From NCBI GenBank assembly GCA_040954595.2, contig CM082582.2, positions 310,001-374,000 of the forward strand: DNA of 64,000 nucleotides. The letters run 5' to 3'. Below the pieces are notes generated by a model, which saw only the letters and a program-made list of their open reading frames with translations, searched no databases and had not been told where the DNA came from. The DNA is from Balanoglossus misakiensis. Taxonomy: Eukaryota > Animalia > Hemichordata. Numbering within the stretch: the stretch's first letter is position 1; each line of letters starts with the position of its first letter. A program made the position numbers and the translations under genes. This document shows, piece by piece, positions 25,676 through 36,900 of the stretch.

Positions 25676-28600
25676 TTATGGTGTAATACGTGTACTACTT
25701 TCCTCAAGCAAGCACAGTTTGCGAACATCTCTACGCAATCTTCCTGTTTCAGTCTTCACTAGGACCTGGCGCACATTGCCGTACTGATCTGGGTAAGTTT
25801 GCTGAACTAGTCCTTTTGACCACTGTCCTCTTGGGATATTTTCCTCTACCACGATAACCAAATCTCCAACAGTCAGATTTCTCTTGGGCTTCAACCACTT
25901 CTGTCTCTGCTGAAGGGAAGGCAGGTATTCGTGTAGCCATCGTTTCCAAAACGAGTTCGCTATGAGATTAGCTTGGTTCCTTCTGTGATTAGCTGTACTG
26001 GTCGTGACAGTGTCTGCAGGAGATGTGCATGGATTCGGCCTCAGTAGTAACAGGCTATTAGGCGTCAGTGCTTCAAGGTCATTCGGGTCATCTGATTGAC
26101 GGGTCAAAGGTCGATCATTGATAATCTTCTCCACCTCCGCCAAGACAGTAAGTAAAGTTTCGTCGTCAATTAGTTGGTTTCCAACGAGTGCTCGTAGGAT
26201 TTTCCGCACTGAACGTATCATCCTTTCCCAAACTCCTCCAGTATGACTGGCTGCGGGTGCATTGAAATACCATTGGATATCCCTCTTGCGTAGACTATCA
26301 GTTATCTTCTCTTGATTCCAACTCGCTAGAGCTTCTTTGATTTCAGTTTCCGCTCCCCGGAAATTTGTTCCGTTGTCACTGTATACCGTTTTTGGTGGAC
26401 CACGTCTGCTGACAAATCTCCATACTGCCTGAATAAATGAATCTGTGGATAAACTGTGGGTGATTTCAATATGCACAGCTCGTATGGCGAGACAGGTGAA
26501 TATACATCCGTATCGTTTGGACGTTCCTCTTCTCCACTTGACTTTCGGAGGACCAAAGAAGTCGATTCCCACTGCAGCAAATGCACTCTCACCTGGAGTA
26601 ACTCTTGGGGTTGGAATTCTTCTGACAGTAGCTTGGCCTCTCAAAATCCAATATTCTTTTCGGATTCTGGATAACACATGGGTGGTTCCTACGTGACCTT
26701 CCTGCTCATGGAAAAACTGAACAATTAATTCGGTCACTTGATGATTATGGGGTAGAATAATAGGATGTTTTGTGGTTTCATCTATGGGGGCGTTGTTTAG
26801 TCTTCCACCAACGTGTATAATGCCATCTTTGTAGATTGGACTGAGTGTGCAAAGTGGACTGGTATATCCTTCAGAATCTGGTTTTCTGCTTGGATTCTTC
26901 AACTGTGTTGATATTTCCTTAGGAAACGCTTTTCGTTGAACGACTCTAATGACTTCTAAGGTAGCATCGGACACTTCTGACACCGTTAGAGCACCAACCG
27001 GAACTTTACCATTTCCGCCATTCTCAATGCGAGCTCGGAGATACTTCTTGTATCGTAAAATCCAAGCGACAGATTTGCAAAGTTTGTACCATGACGAAAA
27101 TCTGTGAATTAACGAATGGATGATATCAGTGTCATCTGTCTGGTTGCTGTTTACCACTGCGCATACCTTTGCCATTTTCAATTCGTTGTCCTCATCCGAT
27201 ATTCTTGGTAAGTCGGTAGGTTGGGTTGGCCAGTTTCCTTCAGATTTCCAGAGAAATTCTGGACCTTCGAACCACAGTTTGGACTTCGCTTTGGCGGCTT
27301 TCAAGGTAATACCTCGGGAGGCACAATCAGCTGGATTGAGTTGTGAAGGAACATGATGCCATTGTGACGGTAGTGTTGCATCGTGTATTAGTTGTAGGTG
27401 GTTGGCTACAAAGGTCTTGAAGCGTCTTGTTGAGCTGCAGATATATTGTATAACAATGGTAGAGTCTGTCCAGAATCGCTCTCGATGGATAGGAAATTGA
27501 CGTTCTTCTTTTATCTGTTTGCTGACTTTAACGGCCACTGTTGCTGCTGTCAATTCCAATCTTGGTACTGTAATGGTCTTCAGTGGAGCAACTCTAGATT
27601 TGCCAGTCACGAGGCTGCAGTGAAAGTTACCACCTTTGTCAGTAAACCGTAGGTAGGAAACAACCCCATATCCTTCCGTTGAAGCATCGCAGAAATGATG
27701 AATTTCTATAGATTGTGGCTGGCCAAAACCTGGAGGTGTGTAACACCGTGGAATTACCATGGCTTTTAACATCGGTAACTTCTGTAACCATTCACGCCAA
27801 ACAACTAGATATTTCACTGGTATGGCTTCATCCCATCCACATCCTTCTTTGCATAATTCTTGTAATAAGCGCTTAGCCGGCAATACAAATGGTGCAACAA
27901 ATCCTAGTGGGTCGTACACAGATGCTACAACTGAGAGAATCCCTCTTCGAGTTTCACTTTTACTTTCCTTGCCAACTCTGAAGCTCATAGTATCTTCTTG
28001 AATGTCCCATTGTACACCAAGAGCTCTGTCAACTGGTAAGTCTTCCAGGTCTAAATTCATCACAGATGGCGCCCTTTCTTCTGACGGGATGGAGGACAAT
28101 ACTTCTGTGCAATTAGAAATCCATTTGGTCAGATGAAATCCACCATTAGACAAAAGAGCTGAAACTTCAGTGATGAGTCTCTTGGCTGTGTCCACGGCAA
28201 GTACTGATTTTAAGAAATCATCCACGTAGAAATTTCTGTAGACAGCATCTATGATGTCCGAGTCGAAGTTACTTCTATTGTCATCAGCTGTTCTCCGGAG
28301 GGCGTATGCTGAACAACTAGGTGATGATGTCGCGCCAAACAAATGAACAAGCATTTGATGATCGACGGGCTCCTTCGTGAGGTCACCGTTAGGCCACCAT
28401 AGGAATCGCAGGACATCACAATCTTCGGGGTCGACATGAACTTGGTGAAACATTTGCTTGATATCAGCAACCACTGCAACAGGATACTGACGGAACCGTA
28501 GCAAGACTCCAACCAAGGAATTGGTCAAATCCGGACCCTGCAGGAGTTGATCGTTCAGTGAAGTTCCTCCACATTTGGCAGCACAATCGAAGACGACTCT

Positions 28601-31600
28601 CACCTTTTCTGGTTTCATGGGATGCGTCACCGGATGATGAGGTAGGTACCATAACCGTCCATAATCGTCTTCTTTGTTTTCATCAGATACTTCTTTTGCA
28701 TGACCTTGTACAATATAGTCTTGTATAATTGTACTGTACTTTTCATGGAGATCTGGATCTTTAAGTAGACGTGTTTTGAGTAGGTTGAGTCGTTTCTCAG
28801 CTACATGCCTGTTATTTGGTAAGGCTGGTTCTTCAAATTTCCAAGGTAGCTTCAACTGATAGTGGCCATTTTGTAGACGGACAGATCGATCCATTATCGC
28901 CTTTGCCCTTCGGTCTTCTAATGACATGCATTCTTTAGTATCCACTAGATTTTCGTTGAAGTCGGCATTGTACATCCTTTCCAATTGTGATGAAATGGAC
29001 TCCATACCTTTGATAGAAGTATCACTGTCGATGATCTGGTCCATATTGATACAGTTGATTGATGAGTTGGTTTCTTTCTTTCCTTTCATCGGCCCAATCA
29101 ACGTCCATCCAAGTAATGTTCGGATTGCGTATGGTTGTTTTCTCCCGGCACGTCTTTCCTCCAGGACCCAGTGTGCTTCTGGAATGTCGTTACCGATCAG
29201 GATTGTGACTTCCTTGTTCTGCAATTCTGGTAATTCAACATCCTTCAGATGAGACCATTCCTTCGTATCCTCTGCTGTTGGTATACTGTTTGCCGTTATG
29301 GGAAGTTTGTCCGTCGTCCATACCTTATCAAGATGAACACTTTGATTTCTATGTAGACCTCGTACATCTAATTTAACTTCACGTCCATACTTCTTCGTTT
29401 CAGCATCGAGTGTGGAAAGTGTATATGTAATGGGTTGTCCACCCAAACCAAGTCTGTCTGCTAGAGATGAGAGACATATTGTTGTGTCTGAACCATTGTC
29501 CAGGAATGCATAAGTTTCAATCTCTGCTCCTCCCTCCACTCCACTTACTCGGACTGGTACAACTTGTAGGCTGATACGTGGCTTGTTTGTCCTGGTTGCT
29601 TTACAATGAACGGTGTTACCGGCCCCATTGGTTACTTCAGAATTCCCGTCACTTTTCTCGTCTTTATTCTTCCCAAGACGTGTTGTGGGTGGAGCTGGTC
29701 TACCACTTCCACTGGGATACACTTCATTTGACGACTGGCTAGGATGTGACGATACTGGGTGTAGTAATGGGTGGTGAAGTCTTCCACAGTCAGTTACTGG
29801 ACAAAACAATCCACTTTTGCAGTTTTTAGCGAAGTGTCGAGGGGTTGCTTCCAGACAACAATCACAGAGGTTCTGTTTTCGCACAAACGTTTTCTTCTCC
29901 ATGAACGACTTCCTGGCAAACTTCCGGCATCTCTGCAGTTGGTGTTGTCCTTGGCAGAAAAGACATCTAATTTCTCTCTTGGATTGGCAGTAGGGTTTGT
30001 CTTGCGTCTTGCCGTAATTTCATGACTTACTTGTGTGGTCAAAGTAGTAGCCTTGGTGAATTGTTTGACCCTGGACTTTACGTCTCTCTCTGGTTCTGGT
30101 TTTGATCCAACCAACATCCCGAATCTTGTATTGGCCAAGGCTGCTCGCTTCTCCAAAAACGCTGTCAGATGGATGAATTCTGGTTCAATACCGGAGTAAA
30201 TCATTCTTCCAGCTTCTTTTGCCCAATCTCCTTGTAGAAATGTAGGTAGGCGTCTCACTATCTTCTCCAATGTATCCATGGAGTTCAGATCAGCGGTGTA
30301 TTTCATTTGGCTGGAACACATATGACAATTATTCATGTCACGTGCCAACTGTAGCAACTTTGATGTGTCCGTGGCCTTGATCTGTGGTCCCTTGACGACT
30401 TTGTCTATGGTGGCATGGACGATCGTGTGTTTCTGGCCGAAATTCTGGTATAATATTTTCCTTGCTTCAGTGTAACCTTGTTCTGGAGGTAGAATCACAC
30501 AGTTCTTGATTGCTTCTTTGGCTGGTCCAGTGCAGTATTGGATGAGATAAGCCAATCTAGTGCCATCATTGGTTGTTCCCTTTACAATGTTTATCTCAAA
30601 ATTTCTGATGAACGTGGGGTACACTACTGGGTCACCATTAAACGATAGGAATTCCCGCTTCGGCAAATTCAAACTAGTTACAAGTGCTTGCGTGGCTTCA
30701 CTCTGTTGTCTTATCATACTCTGTAGGATTTCGTGTTGCCCATCCCGCAATGGACTTGGTTCATTTCTATAAAGTTGTTCCCCAATATTGTGGTCCACGG
30801 GCTGCCATTCTGGTGCATTCGGATTTAATGCTGCCACATTGCCCTCCAACTGTTTCACATTTTCGGACAGCGGTCTGTCTTTAAGCAAAGTTGTTATTGT
30901 GTTGAACTGGGAAACTTCTACTGGGGGACCACTCGACAATACATGGGGGTGATAATCTTGAAAAGACTGGAAATACCTGTCAATCTTCTCACTTGGACTG
31001 GTCATCTTTGCTTCACTTGTATCAACAGAATATTCTTCGGAATGAAACGAAGTTCCCTCTTCTGCTAATTCAGCCTCCATTTCAGCCTGTTTTAACTTCT
31101 GTTGAACGTCTAGAATCTTCAATGTTGACTGCATCTTTATTTCTTCTTCTCGAAGTCGCAGATCACGAAGCTTGGCTTTGGCTTCTTCTTCTTGCTGTAT
31201 CTTTTCAAGTTCAAGCTGGGTTTCCAATATCTTCCTTCTTGCAATTCTTGAAGCTCGACTTGCCTTTGAACTCGATAAAGAACATATATTACTTGTCTGC
31301 CGGTTACCATTTCCATAAGACGTTTGACTATGTGATTTCTTTTTTACAGATTTTACCTGGTCCTTGGTAGAGTGACATGAATTTTTGGAAGCCGCTGAAC
31401 CGTTGACATCATCCTCTTGTGAAGCTGGTGGCACTTCTGGCTCCAACCCACGTGACGGAGTTGTTATCGTGATTCGATGAGACGAAATCCAGTTCTTCAG
31501 GCGTTGTTCCAGACACTCTTTTCTGTTAACTTCAGATTCGTGTTCAAGTCGTACACTTTCTTGTTCGGACCTTGAAAGATGTTTCTGATATTCATAACAA

Positions 31601-31866
31601 GTATTTGTATATGAAGTAAAAATCCTATCCAAGTCTTCTTTCTTTTTGGTAACTGCTTGGTAGTCAGGCGACGACATTAACATGGTCTCTACATCCATGT
31701 AAATACGTGTCATATGGCCGCGGTAAGCGATAATTGATCTCCTTAATTTGGGAACTAAATTTTCTTCTCTTGTTGAGCTAGCTGTTTTTGATGAACTGCT
31801 ACTCTTGACGGAGACAGGGCCTGGTGCTGCTGGAACGTGGAACATCTCGTCGTTTCCAGTTGCCAT
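25676..31866 (-). pseudogene. BEL/Pao gag-pol polyprotein (Gag/DUF1759-like, three Zn knuckles, aspartic protease, RT, RNase H, integrase), frameshifted
   Basis: FNGDP...LAYLIQYCTGPAKEAI; protease FLDNGS; YLPHHPV, RVVFD, FGATSSP and FYVDD; HFCDAS and PRLEL; integrase GIDFFGP, SDNGTNF and GGVWE. A frameshift at ~29980 separates ORFs 29794..31866 and 25676..29902 (first knuckle CLFCQGQHQLQRC is in the pol frame). The CxxC of the integrase Zn finger is missing near 26615. Confidence 0.9.
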
Positions 31867-31932
31867 GACTTTCTAATGTATCTGCTAGTACACGGTTACA
31901 CCAGGTTTCAGTCCAACGTCATCTGAGAACTA

Positions 31933-32573
31933 TGTAGGATCCAATTCCTACTTGCATGGGCCCCTCGACACTCGTGTTGTATAAAAATTCTCCTTTTATT
32001 TTACTCTCTACGAGGAGCAAACTGTTCGGTGCATACAAAATAGACCGTGCACGACGTAATAACACGGTTCTAATACTGGTATAACACTGGTATAACACGG
32101 GTACAACACGGTTCTGTATAAACAAATACATAGACGAAATAAATTCAAGTAAGTATTCAAAGGTAAATGTAAAATGCCGATACAGAAGTTCAAACTCAAT
32201 TACAAAGCAAATTCCAAAAATACAGCGTTTACAGGTAAGTAAATTCAAATCAATTCTATTCAATCGCTCAAAATTAATGGTTTATAAATGAAGTAGTCTG
32301 CGTCCTGGATAGTCGCTGCTTCTGTTGAAAGACCGCTCTGTATCGCTAAATAAAACAGTCTTACCTCAGATGGTGACGCTTTTAGGGGCTCAAAAAGCAT
32401 GCAGTGCAGTGGTCACAAACATGTAGCCTAGAAGGCCTGACGTGGCAAAATGAAAACTTGCACACTGGCGAGGTGCCAATTTATAGTGAAAAGGAAATTT
32501 GCATATTGGATAACCACTATGTGCATGTGCACCTGCACACACAGCCATCCAATCAGGGAGGACTGCACTTACA
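31933..32573 (-). repeat. Putative 5' LTR of the BEL element
   Basis: Minus strand TGTAAG...AATAAA...CCTACA gives TG...CA termini. The inner boundary is uncertain (alternative ~31877) because there is no second LTR to align. Confidence 0.55.
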
Positions 32574-33873
32574 CCGGCTCTATATGACACAGACTGGCGT
32601 AAGTTATCAACGGTGATTACGTCGGATTTCCTACGGCCTGGTTTAGCTGAAGCTAAAGACGTTGGCTAATCGGGCAAACCGAAGAGGGAAAGTCACAGCG
32701 GGTCAACACTCGACATTTGTTCGGGTAGGACTGCATTATTGCCTGTCAATTTATAGAGAAAGCCCGAATTTTACCAGGGCGTTTCAAACACCGACGTTAG
32801 TTGGGGGCACGGCCTGCAGTACTGCCGGGTAAGCTGACATCGGCGTACCGCATATAATGTAGGGGGGGGGGGGGGGGAAACAGAACGGTTCAATACTAGC
32901 TAATTTTGGACAATCATCTAAAATCTAAATCATTTTTTCATATTTGGATATCTGATGATGTATGAAATTTCCATCATATGTAAAAATGGTGCTGATTATA
33001 AAAAATGCACTCTGAATGAGCTGATTTAATACAAAATTGCGTTTTATTCGTTTTTGCACCAAAAAGGTCATTTTTAGGCAAAACATTCTTTTTTTTTTTT
33101 AATTCGGTGACCTCATCATATATAAACAATTGCTTGTATGTTAAAAGTTTTTATGACTTTTAAAAGCAGTGACACTGGCGGCATTCAACACGAAAATAAC
33201 AATTTTAGCCACAATTTGGTCAAAATGGTAAATTTTTGAAAATTACAAAAAATACCTGTTTTCTACATTTTCGGAAATCTGATGGAGTATAGAATGCTCT
33301 TCGTATGTATATATCGATATAAATTCCACAAAAGACAGTCTAATATGGCTCACTGCAGACAAAATTGCGTTTTACCAAATTTACCTTGAAAATGTCATTT
33401 TTAGAAAAAGAAAAAAAAAACACCTTTGTTCCTCGAATTTGGTGCCCTGATCATATATGACATGTTGATTGTATGTTAAAACTTTCGACCACTCCAAAAA
33501 TGCAGAGATATTGACGGAATTCAAGAAAAAATAGCCATTTTGGCCATATTTTGACAAAAATGGTAAATTTTTAAAAAATCATCAAAAAATAAACTCTTTT
33601 CTTCATTTTCGGAAATAGTATGGAGCATGAAGTGTCGTTCTCTTGTAAAAAGTGCTGCAAATTCCAGAAAAGGCAGTATAATTTGAATCACCCAAGACAA
33701 AATTATCCTTTTCGACTTTTTTTCGAACAATTGTCTTTTTTACAAAATAAATAAGAATAAATTCTTTTCTTAGTTTGAAACGGGTAGAGATACTTTCCAC
33801 ACGGGTTTTCTAACAATGAATTCCCGTTCATCAACTCAGATTTCCTACAGCATAAGTCGGCTAAAATCCTGAC

Positions 33874-33950
33874 TATGAAATGGCTATTTTTTCTTGAATT
33901 CCGTCAATATCTCTGCATTTTTGGAGTGGTCGAAAGTTTTAACATAGCTG
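33874..33950. other. Satellite inversion breakpoint
   Basis: The forward monomer stops at ...AATCCTGAC (33873), followed by ~4 nt of filler, a ~70-bp reverse-oriented AT-block fragment, and a jump to the reverse-oriented TAGCTGATATCTAATAAATG. Confidence 0.9.
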
Positions 33951-36900
33951 ATATCTAATAAATGTAGTATTGAACCGTTCAGTCCCCCCCCCCCCCTACA
34001 TTATATGCGGTACGCCGATGTCAGCTTACCCGGCAGTACTGCAGGCCGTGCCCCCAAATAACGTCGGTGTTTGAAACGCCCTGGTTAAATTCGGGCTTTC
34101 TCTATAAATTGACAGGCAATAATGCAGTCCTACCCGAACAAATGTCGAGTGTTGACCCGCTGTGACTTTCCCTCTTCGGTTTGCCCGACTTAGCCAACGT
34201 CTTTGTACTAATGTGTCGGGTCTTTTGCAGAGCCAGGCCGAAGGAAATCCGACTTGATCACCGTTGCTAACGAACGCTAGTGTCTGTCATGGTGTGCCGG
34301 GGTTTTAGTCGAGCCAGGCCGTAGGAGATCTGACTTGATCATCGTGGTCAATGTACGCGTGTTTCCGCTCTAAAGTGCCGGGGCTTCAGCTAAACCATGC
34401 CGTAGGAAATCTGGCGTAATCACCGTTGATAACTCACGCCAGTCTGTGTAATATAGAGCCGGTGCACCAGCCGAGTCACGCCGTAGGAAATCTGACTTGA
34501 TCAACGTGGTCAATGTACGCCTGTTTCTGCTCTAAAGTGCCGGGGCTTCAGCTGAGCCAGGCCGTAGGAAACCCGACGTGATTACCGTTGTTAACTTACG
34601 CCAGTCTGTGTCCTATATATAGTGCCGGGGCATCAGCCGTGCCAGGCCGAAGGAAATGTGAGTAGATCAACGTGGTCTCTGTACGCGTGTTTCTGCTCTA
34701 GAGTGTCAGGGCTTTAGCAAAGCCATGCCGTAGGAAATCTGACTTGATCAACATTGCTAACGAACGCTAGTGTCTGTCATAGTGTGCCGGGGTTTTAGTC
34801 GAGCCAAGCCGTAGGAGATCAGACTTGATCAACGTGGTCTCTGTACGCGTGTTTCTGCTCTAGAGTGCGGGGGCTTTATCCAACCCATGCCGTTGAAAAT
34901 CTGACTTGATCACCGTTGCTAACGTACGCTAGTGTCTGTCATATTGTGACGAGATTTAGCCGAGCCAGGCCGTAGAAAAATCGACTTGTTCAACGTTATC
35001 AGTGTGCAACTGTTTCTGCTCTAGAGTGTCAGGGTTTTAGCCGACTTATGCTGTAGGAAATCTGAGTTGATGAACGGGAATTCAATGTTAGAAAACCCGT
35101 GTGGAAAGTATCTCTACCCGTTTGAAACTAAGAAAAGAATTTATTCTTATTTATTTTTTAAAAAAGACAATTTTTCGAAAACAAGTCGAAAATGGTAATT
35201 TTGTCTTGGGTGATTCAAATTATACCACATTTTCTGGAATTTGCAGCACTTTTTACAAGAGAACGACACTTCATGCTCCATAATATTTCCGAAAATGAAG
35301 AAAAGAGTTTATTTTTTATGATTTTTTAAAAATGTACCATTTTGTCAAAATATGGCCAAAATGGCTATTTTTTCTTGAATTCCGTCAATATCTCTGCATT
35401 TTTGGAGTGGTGGAAAGTTTTAACATACAATCAACATGTCATATATGATCAGGGCACCAAATTCGAAGAACGAAGGTTTTTTTATTTTATTTTTCTAAAA
35501 ATGACATTTTCAAGGAAAATTTGGTAAAACGCAATTTTGTCTGCAGTAAGCCAAATTAGACGGTCTTTTGTGGAATTTGTATCGATATATATATACGAAG
35601 AGCATTCTATACTCCATCAGATTTCCGAAAATGTAGAAAACAGGTATTTTTTGTAATTTTCAAAAATTTACCATTTTGACCAAATTGTGGTTAAAATTGT
35701 TATTTTCGTGTTGAATGCCGCCAGTGTCACTGCTTTTAAAAGTCATAAAAACTTTTAACATGCAAGCAATTGCTTATATATGATCAGGCCACCGAATTAA
35801 AAAAATAAAGAATGTTTTGCCTAAAAATGACCTTTTTGGTGCAAAAACGAATAAAACGCAATTTTTGTATTAAATCAGCTCATTCAGAGTGCATTTTTTA
35901 TAATCAGCACCATTTTTACATAAATTGGAAATTTCATACATCATCAGATATCCAAATATGAAAAAATGATTTAGATTTTAGATGATTGTCCAAAATTAGC
36001 TGATATCTAATAAATGTAGTATTGAACCGTTCTGTCCCCCACCCCCCCCTACATTATATGCGGTACGCCGATGTCAGCTTACCCGGCAGTACTTCAGGCC
36101 GTGCCCCCAAATAACGTCGGTGTTTGAAACGCCCTGGTTAAATTCGGGCTTTCTCTATAAATTGACAGGCAATAATGCAATCCTACCCGAACAAATGTCG
36201 AGTGTTGACCCGCTGTGACTTTCCCTCTTCGGTTTGCCCGACTTAGCGAACGTCTCTGTACTAATGTGTCGGGTCTTTTGCAGAGCCAGGCCGAAGGAAA
36301 TCCGACTTGATCACCGTTGCTAACGAACGCTAGTGTCTGTCATGGTGTGCCGGGGTTTTAGTCGAGCCAGGCCGTAGGAGATCTGACTTGATCATCGTGG
36401 TCAATGTACGCGTGTTTCCGCTCTGAAGTGCCGGGGCTTCAGCTAAACCATGCCGTAGGAAATCCGGCGTAATCACCGTTGATAACTTACGCGAGTCTGT
36501 GTCATATAGAGCCGGTGCACCAGCCGAGTCACGCCGTAGGAAATCTGACTTGATCAACGTGGTCACTGTACGCCTGTTTCTGCTCTAGAGTGCCGGGGCT
36601 TCATCTGAGCCAGGCCGTAGGAAACCCGACGTGATTACCGTTGTTAACTTACGCCAGTCTGTGTCCTATATATAGTGCCGGGGCATCAGCCGTGCCAGGC
36701 CGAAGGAAATGTGAGTAGATCAACGTGGTCTCTGTACGCGTGTTTCTGCTCTAGAGTGCCGGGGCTTTATCCAAGCCATGCCGTAGAAAATCTGACTTGA
36801 TCACCGTTGCTAACGTACGATAGTGTCTGTCATATTGTGACGGAGATTTAGCCGAGCCAGGCCGTAGAAAAATCGACTTGTTCAACGTTACCAGTATGCA

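Larger units (their letters stand above)
25638..32573 (-). mobile_element. BEL/Pao LTR retrotransposon; 5' LTR present, 3' LTR missing
   Basis: gag-pol has BEL domain order. The minus strand starts TGTAAG at 32573 next to satellite. Only ~40 bp follow the pol stop before satellite resumes at 25637. Confidence 0.92.
1..33873 (+). repeat. Complex satellite array (~2 kb unit: 81-bp GC-rich monomer block + linker/poly-G + AT-rich block), orientation A, interrupted by TEs
   Basis: The motif CCT(A/T)CGG recurs at 48, 129, 210, 291, 376 and 457 (period 81, one 85-bp variant). The linker ...GCATATAATGTAG(G)nAACAGAACGGTTCAATAC recurs at ~5542, 8571, 15900, 17593, 19632 and 32862, each followed by the same ~950-bp AT-rich block. 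Confidence 0.97.

Noticed and set aside
29794-30000. Programmed frameshift between BEL gag and pol
   Set aside because: BEL/Pao elements normally have a single ORF. The shift falls before the first Zn knuckle with no canonical slippery heptamer, and the copy has other lesions, so a mutation is more likely.
36330-36566. Satellite ORFs with 27-aa periodicity (MTTLIKSDFLRRDSAGAPAL...) and recurrent MESISTRLK/MNRSVPPP ORFs as real genes
   Set aside because: The periodicity follows simply from the 81-bp monomer. Starts are mostly TTG/GTG, and the frames are broken by the 85-bp monomer, homopolymer length changes and stops in sister copies.
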